DNA of 64,000 bases from an uncultured Flavobacteriales bacterium. GTDB lineage: Bacteria > Bacteroidota > Bacteroidia > Flavobacteriales > BACL11. The notes below the pieces were generated by a model. The model had not been told where the DNA came from and did no database searches. It saw nothing but the letters and a program-made list of their open reading frames with translations. Within the stretch, counting starts at the first letter, position 1; each line of letters opens with the position of its first letter. Shown in pieces: positions 49,230 through 58,135 of the stretch. The translations under genes and the position numbers were made by a program. The stretch covers positions 23,820 to 87,819 of the forward strand of contig CAXFOB010000033.1 of the NCBI GenBank assembly GCA_964004625.1, given 5' to 3'.

Positions 49230-50747
49230 TTATTTTATTAGGATTTTACCAGTCATTTCTTTTGGGATTTCTAATCCTAATATTTCTAGGATTGTAGGAG
49301 CAATATCTCCCAACTTTCCATCTTCTATTGTGTCTCTTCCAGTGTTAAGAGCGAAACAAGGCACCATATTTGTGCTGTGGGCAGTGTTTGGAGTTCCATC
49401 AGGATTTATGGCGAAATCTGCATTTCCATGGTCCGCAATAATGATAAAAGCATAGTCATTTTTTAGTCCTGCTTCCACCACTTTTTGCGTGCAATTATCT
49501 ACTGTTTCTACTGCTTTTTTAATTGCATTATAATCTCCCGTGTGTCCCACCATATCAGGATTAGCAAAGTTCAAACACACAAAATCCGTTTCTCCTTTTC
49601 CTAATTCTGTAACAATAGTTGAAGTTACTTTTGGAGCACTCATCTCTGGTTGTAAATTATAAGTAGCTACGTTAGGAGATTTTACCATCAATCTTTTTTC
49701 TCCCACAAATTCTGCTTCTCTACCTCCTGAAAAGAAGAAAGTGACATGTGGATATTTTTCTGTTTCTGCAATTCGGATTTGGGTTTTATTATTATTTTCT
49801 AGTACTTCACCCAAAGTATTTTTAATATTTTCTTTATCGTAAATGACATTTATATTTTTGTAAGTTTCATCATAATTGGTCATGGTAGTATAATGCAGGT
49901 TTAAAGTATTCATTCCAAACTCGGGCATATTAGTTTGTGTTAAAACAGTAGTGATTTCTCTACATCTATCTGTTCTGAAATTGAAGCAAATTACCGCATC
50001 TCCCTCTTTTATTGTTGTAATTGGATTGTTATTCTTATTCACTGAAACAATAGGTTTGATGAATTCATCTGTTATTCCATTGTCGTAAGAATTCTGAATA
50101 CTTTCAGAAAGGTTTCGAGTAGCTTCACCTTTGCCTTTGGTTAGTAAATTATAAGCAAGTTGTATTCTTTCCCATCTTTTGTCTCTATCCATTGCAAAAT
50201 ATCTACCACAAACAGAAGCAATTTTTGCATCAAATAAATTTTGTTCCAACTGTTCAATAAACCCTTTACCACTTTTAGGATCACAATCTCTACCATCAGT
50301 AAAAGCATGCACAAATACATTCTTAATTCCTTCCTTTTGTGCTAATTCACATAATTTATATAAATGATTTTGATGAGAATGAATTCCTCCATCAGAAACC
50401 AAACCAATTAAATGAAGTGCTTGATTGTTTTCTTTTACGTAAGTAAATGTTTTTTTCAAATTCTCTTTTTCTGAAATAGAATTGTCCTTACAAGATAAAT
50501 TTATTTTAACTAAATTTTGATAAACAATTCTACCAGCACCTATATTCACATGGCCAACCTCTGAATTCCCCATTTGCCCTTGTGGTAACCCAACATGTTC
50601 TCCAAAAGTTTTCAGTTCACAATTTGGATATTTTGAATAAAGAGAATTTATAAAAGGTGTATTCGCATGATGAATAGCGTCTGATTTAGTTTTGTCTCCA
50701 TGCCCCCAACCATCTAAAATAATAAGTGCTGTTTTTTTACCTTTCAT
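49230..50747 (-). CDS. gpmI: 2,3-bisphosphoglycerate-independent phosphoglycerate mutase
   Basis: LIILDGWG, GQMGNSEVGH, SDGGIHSH, GRYFAMDRD, AETEKYPHVTFFF, ADHGN. Start moved to ATG 50747. Confidence 0.97.
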   Translation of the reverse strand: MKGKKTALIILDGWGHGDKTKSDAIHHANTPFINSLYSKYPNCELKTFGEHVGLPQGQMGNSEVGHVNIGAGRIVYQNLVKINLSCKDNSISEKENLKKTFTYVKENNQALHLIGLVSDGGIHSHQNHLYKLCELAQKEGIKNVFVHAFTDGRDCDPKSGKGFIEQLEQNLFDAKIASVCGRYFAMDRDKRWERIQLAYNLLTKGKGEATRNLSESIQNSYDNGITDEFIKPIVSVNKNNNPITTIKEGDAVICFNFRTDRCREITTVLTQTNMPEFGMNTLNLHYTTMTNYDETYKNINVIYDKENIKNTLGEVLENNNKTQIRIAETEKYPHVTFFFSGGREAEFVGEKRLMVKSPNVATYNLQPEMSAPKVTSTIVTELGKGETDFVCLNFANPDMVGHTGDYNAIKKAVETVDNCTQKVVEAGLKNDYAFIIIADHGNADFAINPDGTPNTAHSTNMVPCFALNTGRDTIEDGKLGDIAPTILEILGLEIPKEMTGKILIK

Positions 50748-50756
50748 ACTTATCAG

Positions 50757-50764
50757 CAAAGATA
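50757..50764 (-). promoter_or_regulatory. -7 promoter element (TATCTTTG) for gpmI
   Basis: Exact TAnnTTTG match 9 nt upstream of the ATG. Confidence 0.55.
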
Positions 50765-50796
50765 AGGTTTAGTAAATAATTTAATGTATAAATAAA

Positions 50797-51252
50797 TCAA
50801 AAGGTGGAAGAGATTAGAGGCCATACTAATATTATGAAAGTCAATGCAATTAAAACTCCTAAATTAATAGCGATTAAAGATTTTTTATAATTTATTTTAA
50901 AAATATAAGAGGCAATAGTTGCAATATAAGCTCCTGTAAATGGTAATGGAATCATTACAAAGATCATTAGCCCAATAGAGCCATATTTTTGAACTACTGG
51001 TCCTGTTTTTCTTCTAGCTCGTAAAGACAAATAAATTGCAGCCTTTCTGTACCATCTATGCTTCAAAAAGTGATTGTTGAAAAACTCAATTGCCTTATAA
51101 AAAAGTGGAAACACTAATAGGTTTGCTGACAATCCAATTATAAAAACCCAACTAGGAAGAAGTCCTTGCTCAATACCATATGGAATCCCTACACGAGCCT
51201 CACCAAAAGGAGAAAAGCTAATTAAGAAAGTAAATAAAATGTCTTGAATCAT
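50797..51252 (-). CDS. Small multidrug export-like membrane protein (COG2426-like)
   Basis: SPFGEARVGIPYG and GLMIFVMIPLPFTGAY motifs. About four TM segments. Confidence 0.75.
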   Translation of the reverse strand: MIQDILFTFLISFSPFGEARVGIPYGIEQGLLPSWVFIIGLSANLLVFPLFYKAIEFFNNHFLKHRWYRKAAIYLSLRARRKTGPVVQKYGSIGLMIFVMIPLPFTGAYIATIASYIFKINYKKSLIAINLGVLIALTFIILVWPLISSTF

Positions 51253-51332
51253 TGTTGAGATTTAAGATGGCGAATGTAATAAAAAAAACAGATTAACTAT
51301 CTTTAATTCAACAGATTATTGTTAGTGAAATA

Positions 51333-52055
51333 TTATTTATTTATTTCTTTAAAGAAACTGGATCTCATTCTGATATGTATTGGGTTGTTTTTTTCTAATC
51401 TTTCAGGATGAAATTGAACTGCAATCATAAAGGGATGGATGTTTTTATTCATTACTACCGCTTCTGGCAGTCCATCAAAGGATCGAGCAATGACCCTTAA
51501 ATGTTTAGGTATTTTTTTTAATCCTTGGTGATGCCAAGAGTTGACCATTATAGTATCTGTATCTATTGGAAAAATTAATGTAGAACTATCACACAAAACT
51601 ATCTCGTGATTGACCTCCCCCTTGTTTCTGTGGATAACTTTGGTTCCAATTTCTGTTGGTAAATCTCCATATAATGTTCCTCCGCTTACTACATTCATCA
51701 TTTGCATGCCTCTACAAACACCAATTAGAGGTATTTTGTTTTCAAAAGCAAAATCAAATAATTTACGTTCCAAGGTATCTCTTTTATAATTTATAGGTCC
51801 ACAAACTTTTATGTTGTTTGTGTCGTTGTATTCTAAGGGATTTATATCTTCTCCTCCAGTTAAGATGATTCCATCTGTTAATTGTAATATGGAATCAGTA
51901 TTTCTAATTGTATATGCGTCTAAGATGATTATGTTTTCATTTTGCATCCATTCTACATATTTTTCAGATGCTTTGGAGAGGACAATTATCTTTTTTTCTT
52001 GGTATTGGCAAGAAAGTAGAACAAGTGAGAATAAAAAGAGTATTATTTTATGCAT
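51333..52055 (-). CDS. Gamma-glutamyl hydrolase family (peptidase C26) lipoprotein
   Basis: Lipobox LLS-C. DGIILTGGEDINP, RDTLE, GVCRGMQ, VNSWHHQ, VQFHPE. Confidence 0.85.
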   Translation of the reverse strand: MHKIILFLFSLVLLSCQYQEKKIIVLSKASEKYVEWMQNENIIILDAYTIRNTDSILQLTDGIILTGGEDINPLEYNDTNNIKVCGPINYKRDTLERKLFDFAFENKIPLIGVCRGMQMMNVVSGGTLYGDLPTEIGTKVIHRNKGEVNHEIVLCDSSTLIFPIDTDTIMVNSWHHQGLKKIPKHLRVIARSFDGLPEAVVMNKNIHPFMIAVQFHPERLEKNNPIHIRMRSSFFKEINK

Positions 52056-52135
52056 TATTTCTTTTTTCCTAGGTAAAAATAAAAAAATAAAATTATAACA
52101 ATAGCTGCAATTAGTAAATAAGTTATTCGAATCAT
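52055..52135 (-). CDS. Putative 26-aa single-TM small protein, not in the ORF track
   Basis: MIRITYLLIAAIVIILFFYFYLGKKK. Its stop overlaps the C26 gene start (TAATG). Confidence 0.45.
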   Translation of the reverse strand: MIRITYLLIAAIVIILFFYFYLGKKK

Positions 52136-52293
52136 GTTTAACGGTTTTTGGTCATTATTTTACAATTTTAGACATTTTTTGTTGAATTTAAGTTGTTTTA
52201 GTGCATTTTAATGCTTTTTTAGGATATTTGTATTATTGAAAAATAATTTTTGAATATTATAAAAAACAATAATTTACAAAAAAATACACTATT

Positions 52294-53628
52294 TTAAACT
52301 AAAAACAACATTTTTTGCATTATTTCGTCAGTATTCCACACTTTTTCTATATTTTTTGTTTTCATTACTTCTTCCATTAATTTCTCTTGTTTCATGCCAA
52401 TTTTCCATGCTTCAGCATACGAAATATTGCTAAAACTTACCATAGAATATAGAGGTGTCCATTTTTTCGGATAAAGATTAGAGAATTTTTTTTCTATTTT
52501 CTTTTGAATCAAAAACATTGGATCTGCAGTTTTATCTCTCATTACAATAAAGTTATGCATTGAAAGATCTTGAAGACCATCCCCATTTGGTTTTCTTATT
52601 TCTGAAAATATTTTGAAACATTTATTAATATCTTCATTGTTTTTTTCTAACAATTCATCAAGAATTCTGCAATCCTCAAATCCACAATTCATCCCTTGTC
52701 CATAAAATGGAACAGTTGCATGTGCGGAATCTCCTATAAGTAATGTTGAGTCCTTGACATGCCATGGATAAGTTCTAATAATTCCTAAATTAGATGTAGG
52801 GTTAGTTTGCCACTGTTCGTAGAGATTAGGAACTATTTCAAAGAAATCAGGAAATAAACTTTTGAAATAATTTTCAACTTCTTTTTTGTTATTTAATCCT
52901 TCAAAAGAGTTTTTTCCTTTTTTTGGAGCGAATAAAGTACACGTAAAACTACCATCTAAATTAGCAAGTGCCATTAGCATGAATTCACCTCTAGGCCAAA
53001 TATGTAATGCGTTTTTTTCCATCAAGTAACATCCATTCTTGCCAGCTGGAATAAGCAATTCCTTATAGTCATGGTCTATTTCATTATACTCATAGTGATG
53101 ATTATATTTATCAACCATTTGCTTTCTTACATTCGAAAAGGCCCCATCAGCACCAATGATAAAATCCGAATTAATACTTTTTCTTTTTTTAGTTAATGTA
53201 TTTTCAAATTTTATTTGATTTTTATTAAAATCTACATCAATACACTTTTCATTAAAATTAAGATTAGCACCATTTTTTTCAGCTAAATCCATCATTAGGA
53301 GGTTCATTAATACTCTAGAAACTGAATATATACATTGTCCTTCATTTCCATATGGTTGATTAGTTAAGTTACCTTTTTCGTCATGCATAACTCTTTTATA
53401 CACCGGTATTGCAATTTTTTTAACTTCAGATTCTACGCCTGCTTTTTTTAATGCAGTCCATCCTCTATTAGATAATGCTAGATTAATAGATTTTCCAGCA
53501 GTAATAATTTCGGATCTTAAATCTTTCCTTCTTTCAAATACATTAACGATATAACCTCTTCTTGTCATGTATAATGAACATAATGACCCTACAAGGCCGG
53601 CTCCAACTATAGTTATCTCTTTTTTCAT
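52294..53628 (-). CDS. kmo: Kynurenine 3-monooxygenase
   Basis: VGAGLVG, GKSINLALSNRG, GADGAFS, NALHIWPR, GDSAHATVPFYGQGMNCGFED. Confidence 0.93.
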   Translation of the reverse strand: MKKEITIVGAGLVGSLCSLYMTRRGYIVNVFERRKDLRSEIITAGKSINLALSNRGWTALKKAGVESEVKKIAIPVYKRVMHDEKGNLTNQPYGNEGQCIYSVSRVLMNLLMMDLAEKNGANLNFNEKCIDVDFNKNQIKFENTLTKKRKSINSDFIIGADGAFSNVRKQMVDKYNHHYEYNEIDHDYKELLIPAGKNGCYLMEKNALHIWPRGEFMLMALANLDGSFTCTLFAPKKGKNSFEGLNNKKEVENYFKSLFPDFFEIVPNLYEQWQTNPTSNLGIIRTYPWHVKDSTLLIGDSAHATVPFYGQGMNCGFEDCRILDELLEKNNEDINKCFKIFSEIRKPNGDGLQDLSMHNFIVMRDKTADPMFLIQKKIEKKFSNLYPKKWTPLYSMVSFSNISYAEAWKIGMKQEKLMEEVMKTKNIEKVWNTDEIMQKMLFLV

Positions 53629-54878
53629 TAAAGAATATCTTTTAGTATTGAATAAAATTTATAAACATCTATATAGCTATTGTATAATGGTACAGGAGCA
53701 ACACGAATAACATCTGGTTCTCTCCAATCAGCAATTACTCCGTTTTCTGTAATCTCGTCAAATAAAGTTTTATTTCCATTTTTCATTCTGATAGAAAGTT
53801 GAGAACCTCTTTCTTTAGGTGTAATAATTTCTATTCTATTGGTTTCAATTGAATCCAAAAGAAACAATAAGTAATTTGTAAGTTTTTTTGATTTTTGAAC
53901 TAATTTATCCATTCCCACCTCATCAAAAATAGAAAGTGAAGCACGAATTGCTGCTAAGGACAAAATAGGAGGGTTAGATAGTTGCCATCCTTCAGCAGAT
54001 TCAATTGGATTAAATTCATCTGGCATTTTAAATCTTTCTTCTTTATTGTGTCCCCACCAACCTGCAAATCTAGGTAAATTACTTTGGTGGTGCTTTTCAT
54101 GAACAAAAGCAGCTCCTAACGAACCAGGTCCAGAATTCAAGTATTTATATGAACACCAAACCGCAAAATCTACTCCCCAGTTATGGAGTTCTAGTTTGAT
54201 ATTTCCCGCTGCGTGTGCCAAATCAAAACCAACCTTTATTCCTTTCTCTTGAGATATTTTAGTTATATTCTTAAAATCAAAAACTTGTCCCGTATAATAA
54301 TTAACTCCTCCAAGCATAATTAACGCAATGGAATCTCCTTCCTTTTCTATTATTTCTTCAATATCTTCTGTTCTTATGGAGGCTTCTCCGTCTCTTGGAG
54401 TAAGTTTAATTAAGGAATTTTCCACATTAAATCCATGATGTTTTATTTGAGATTCTACACTATAAATATCAGAAGGAAATGCATCCCCTTCAATAATAAT
54501 TTTAAATCTTTTTTGTGTTGGTCTATAGAAAGAAACCATCATTAAATGAAGGTTTACAGTAAGGGTGTTCATCGCTACTACCTCTGTATTTTTGGCTCCC
54601 ACTATTTTAGCATAACTTTCAGTTAGAAATTCATGATAAGGCATCCATGGATTTTGAGCATGAAAATGACCTTCTACTCCAAAATTTGCCCAATCATCTA
54701 ACTCCTGAATTAAGTATTTTTTCGTTCGTTTAGGCTGTAATCCTAAAGAATTACCACACATATAAATATGTTCCTCTCCACTTTTTTGTAATGGAATGTG
54801 AAACTCTGTTCGATATTTCTTTAATTCATCTTTTGAATCTAATTCTAATGCAAATTCAATTGTATTTTTATATCTCAT
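53628..54878 (-). CDS. kynU: Kynureninase
   Basis: YMCGNSLGLQP, MNTLTVNLH, DLAHAAGN, WCSYKYLNSGPG, GWWGH. Start moved to ATG 54878. Confidence 0.95.
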   Translation of the reverse strand: MRYKNTIEFALELDSKDELKKYRTEFHIPLQKSGEEHIYMCGNSLGLQPKRTKKYLIQELDDWANFGVEGHFHAQNPWMPYHEFLTESYAKIVGAKNTEVVAMNTLTVNLHLMMVSFYRPTQKRFKIIIEGDAFPSDIYSVESQIKHHGFNVENSLIKLTPRDGEASIRTEDIEEIIEKEGDSIALIMLGGVNYYTGQVFDFKNITKISQEKGIKVGFDLAHAAGNIKLELHNWGVDFAVWCSYKYLNSGPGSLGAAFVHEKHHQSNLPRFAGWWGHNKEERFKMPDEFNPIESAEGWQLSNPPILSLAAIRASLSIFDEVGMDKLVQKSKKLTNYLLFLLDSIETNRIEIITPKERGSQLSIRMKNGNKTLFDEITENGVIADWREPDVIRVAPVPLYNSYIDVYKFYSILKDIL

Positions 54879-55668
54879 TGATTTTATATAAAATAGGTCT
54901 GCTTGGTGCTGCATCTGAAACAAATGCAGGTATTTGTAGATTTAATAAATATTTTCCGTCATTTATTATATTTGGTACAAATATCATTTCAGTAATGGTT
55001 TTATTTTGGGTATTTGGATTCAACTCTTTGCTTTTGGTTTGCCAAAAAATATTATGATTAGAAAGGTGTCCATCATCAAATAAGCGATCTACTGAAGGAG
55101 TATCTACTAATAAATGTTTTACTCCTAAACTAACCAAATATTCCATTGCTTCTATACTGAAAAATGAGGGGGATTCTTTCATATAATTTCTATTTTTTTT
55201 TGTCTCTAAATTTGGAAGAGTGCGAATTACTAGAGCTTTTAGAAAATATGTATTAGCTTGTTCTAAACTTTTTTTTAAAGAAGATTGTGTAATAACCAAG
55301 TCATCATGATTTAGTTCTGGAGTGTAATTTTCTGATGTATTCTCTGGAGTAACTGAGATTAAAGTAGACGGAATCAACTCCTCATTCAAAGACGATAAAA
55401 TTGAAATTCTTTCATTTGTAATATGTCCAATACATTCAGTGTGGGTACCATTACAATGTGGAGTTAATGTGTATGTTTCAAAGTTACACGGCCCGCCTCT
55501 ACGAGTATCTCCAATAAATTGTGTGTCCTCATACGATTTTGATGAAGCAATATCTACTCCATATGTGTTCGGCTGTAATCCATTAAAAACTAAAGGTATT
55601 GAGATATCATATTTTTCTGAGAAATCAACAGAATATTCACTAGAACCTATTTCAAATTTACCTTTCAT
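54868..55668 (-). CDS. kynB: Cyclase-family protein, probable kynurenine formamidase
   Basis: PHCNGTHTEC.GH metal motif, DTPSVDR, TE, DAAPSRP. Operon context. Start moved to ATG 55668 (ATGA overlap). Confidence 0.75.
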   Translation of the reverse strand: MKGKFEIGSSEYSVDFSEKYDISIPLVFNGLQPNTYGVDIASSKSYEDTQFIGDTRRGGPCNFETYTLTPHCNGTHTECIGHITNERISILSSLNEELIPSTLISVTPENTSENYTPELNHDDLVITQSSLKKSLEQANTYFLKALVIRTLPNLETKKNRNYMKESPSFFSIEAMEYLVSLGVKHLLVDTPSVDRLFDDGHLSNHNIFWQTKSKELNPNTQNKTITEMIFVPNIINDGKYLLNLQIPAFVSDAAPSRPILYKINEI

Positions 55669-56708
55669 TGAGTAATATTTTCTTTTTTCAATCCTAACCA
55701 TTCTAAAACATTTTTACACCATATGTCTTTTCCCTCCTGATTTGTCACTATTCCTGTTTCTATAGCATAATCTAAAACTCTTCCTGGATATGAGGTTCCT
55801 ACACCTTCAATTTCACCCAATGGATAAGGGTCGTCTAATCCCATTATTATTTGACTAACTCCAACGCGCTTCTTTAATAATTCTAAAGTATGTGCATCAT
55901 GTACTAATGTGTCGAAGTATAGATTTTTGTGTCCTAATGTTTTTCTAGGATCATGTAATTTGTCAAAAATATCTGGTCGACCATCAAATCCTTGAATTCT
56001 TCTTCCATAATTAGCTATTCCTAGCATTCCTCCATGTGCAAAGCTCGTTCGTAAATTTGGATATCTATTTGGTAAATCTCTAAGAGCAAAAATATGCAAT
56101 GTGTCAGCACATTGAGCCATCATCCAAATTAAATGAAATCTCCAGTATTGGTTTTTTAAAGCAATCATTTTCTCTCCATCGTATGGATGAATTTGTAAGG
56201 CTAATCCGTATTTATCAGCTAATTCAAAAATAGGGTCAACCTCTTCTTCAGCGACAGATGACCATTCACTATTTGCATTTAAAAAATGAGTTGGTAGACA
56301 CAGTAATTTTAGACCGAATTCGTTTACACATCTGTCAATTTCTTTAAGAGCGTGATCTATATATAATGGTTGAACTACAAATCCACAGGTAAATTTCCTT
56401 GGAAAATTACTTTGAATAGAGGCGTTGAAATCATTTTGAAAACGTATTGCGTCAGCACAATCTTGTTCTTCCCAACCATTACAATATAACTGTGAAAGAC
56501 ATAACATAACAGCATGGTCGATATTATGTTGTTCCATCCATTCTATTTTCTCTTGAATAAAAAAACCTGTACCACTAATTGGTCTAGACCAATCTCCTTG
56601 CCTCATAAACTTCTTATCTTTATCAACCGAAAAAAGTTTCTTTTCTTTCATGAAATTTGGAATCTGAGCAGGTTCAGGTAGTATATGTCCGTGTGCATTT
56701 ATTCGCAT
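55665..56708 (-). CDS. Amidohydrolase, probable 2-amino-3-carboxymuconate-6-semialdehyde decarboxylase (ACMSD)
   Basis: HGHILP, IHPYD, FAHGG, LYFDTLVHD, GLDDPYPLGE. Lies directly after HAO. Confidence 0.8.
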   Translation of the reverse strand: MRINAHGHILPEPAQIPNFMKEKKLFSVDKDKKFMRQGDWSRPISGTGFFIQEKIEWMEQHNIDHAVMLCLSQLYCNGWEEQDCADAIRFQNDFNASIQSNFPRKFTCGFVVQPLYIDHALKEIDRCVNEFGLKLLCLPTHFLNANSEWSSVAEEEVDPIFELADKYGLALQIHPYDGEKMIALKNQYWRFHLIWMMAQCADTLHIFALRDLPNRYPNLRTSFAHGGMLGIANYGRRIQGFDGRPDIFDKLHDPRKTLGHKNLYFDTLVHDAHTLELLKKRVGVSQIIMGLDDPYPLGEIEGVGTSYPGRVLDYAIETGIVTNQEGKDIWCKNVLEWLGLKKENITQ

Positions 56709-56717
56709 AATACAATT

Positions 56718-57251
56718 TTACTCATCTGTATATTTTTTATCAACCTCCATAATTTCCCCTGTTTGAGGACAAGTTCTTAGTTTTTCATTGGAATAAAATC
56801 TTTTAAATACAGGTATAAAATCTTTTTCTACATTTGTTAAGTGAAAATATTCCTCGTATAACAGCTCATTTGCGGTGTCAGAAAACCACATTAAACCATC
56901 CTTGTGTTGCTCATTTCTTTTTCTTTCAATTACTAATCCTATTGATCCTTCTGATCTAACTGGTGAATGTGGTATTTTTGGAGGTAAAAGAAACATCTCT
57001 CCTTCTTTAATTTCATATTGAACTAACTTCCCTTCTTGTTGAGTTTTTACAATTATATCTCCTTCTATCTGATAGAATAATTCTTCTGTCTCATTGTAAT
57101 GATAATCTTTTCTTGCGTTAGGGCCAGCCACTATCATAACAATGTAATCTTCTGATTCTACATATAAATTTTTATTTCCTACAGGAGGTTTTAGTAAATG
57201 TCTATTCTCATCAATCCATTTGTGTAAGTTAAAAGGTTTTTTTATTTCCAT
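56718..57251 (-). CDS. nbaC: 3-hydroxyanthranilate 3,4-dioxygenase
   Basis: LKPPVGNK, GPNARKDYH, EELFYQ, PHSPVR, LVIERKR. Confidence 0.95.
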   Translation of the reverse strand: MEIKKPFNLHKWIDENRHLLKPPVGNKNLYVESEDYIVMIVAGPNARKDYHYNETEELFYQIEGDIIVKTQQEGKLVQYEIKEGEMFLLPPKIPHSPVRSEGSIGLVIERKRNEQHKDGLMWFSDTANELLYEEYFHLTNVEKDFIPVFKRFYSNEKLRTCPQTGEIMEVDKKYTDE

Positions 57252-57260
57252 TTTTTTTTT

Positions 57261-57677
57261 TTAAATAGTTGCTATTACTTTTAATTCTATTGCTATAGGT
57301 GTAGGTAAACTTTTTATTTCAATAGTGGTTCTGCATGGTTGATTATCTTTAAAATAATCTGCATAAATTTTATTATAGGTTTTGAAATCATCTTTCATAT
57401 TGGTAAGGAAAACCTGAATATCAACAATATTATCCCAAGAAGAACCTGCGTCTTCTAAGATGAAACGAATATTCTGGAATACAGAATGACATTGAGTTGC
57501 AATATCATAACTTTCAATCTCTCCAAGTTCATTCAATATTACTCCGGGAATATGTGTTTCTCCTGCTTTTCTAGGCCCCACTCCAGATAAATATAAGAAA
57601 TTACCTATTTTTCTAGCATGAGGATATAAACCTACTGCCCCAGGAGCTCTATCTGAATTAAATTTTTCTCCATTCAT
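57261..57677 (-). CDS. RidA-family protein, probable 2-aminomuconate deaminase
   Basis: GLYPHAR, LSGVGPR, PCRTT, LPTPIAIELKVIA. Operon context. Confidence 0.8.
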   Translation of the reverse strand: MNGEKFNSDRAPGAVGLYPHARKIGNFLYLSGVGPRKAGETHIPGVILNELGEIESYDIATQCHSVFQNIRFILEDAGSSWDNIVDIQVFLTNMKDDFKTYNKIYADYFKDNQPCRTTIEIKSLPTPIAIELKVIATI

Positions 57678-58133
57678 TTATTTTATTCTTTTATACATAT
57701 AATAATGTGGTCCTATGTCTGAAATATCAAACAAATCTCCTTTCGCTTCGAATCCGACATATTGATAAAAAGGAAAAGCAATAAGACGAGCATTGCACCA
57801 TATTAAATCACAATTTCTATTTTTTAAAATATTAAATGCTTCTGTCATTATTTTCATTCCATATCCATTACGGGAATAATTTATGTCAGTAGCCATTCCT
57901 CTCAATCGATATGCGTTTTTAGCATGTGCTTTATCTGTATTCTGAGGATAGAACGTAGCGCAGCTTACAATCTGATTTTCTACAAAAACTCCTAAATGAA
58001 ATGTGTCTTTCTCATCATCTCTTTTGTAGGAAGTACTAGAAAACTCTTTTCCTTTTCGTAGCATTTTATGTCGTAAAGGTCGAATATCCTCCGCTTCTAC
58101 AAGTTGAATATGTGAATTTGTTTGAATTTGCAT
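57678..58133 (-). CDS. GNAT-family N-acetyltransferase
   Basis: LRHKMLR, LRGMAT...RNGYG, WCNAR...FY...GF. Confidence 0.85.
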   Translation of the reverse strand: MQIQTNSHIQLVEAEDIRPLRHKMLRKGKEFSSTSYKRDDEKDTFHLGVFVENQIVSCATFYPQNTDKAHAKNAYRLRGMATDINYSRNGYGMKIMTEAFNILKNRNCDLIWCNARLIAFPFYQYVGFEAKGDLFDISDIGPHYYMYKRIK

Positions 58134-58135
58134 TT

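Noticed and set aside
52136..52293. Longer AT-rich intergenic region as possible ncRNA or riboswitch
   Set aside because: No stable stem or recognisable RNA family motif could be seen by eye.
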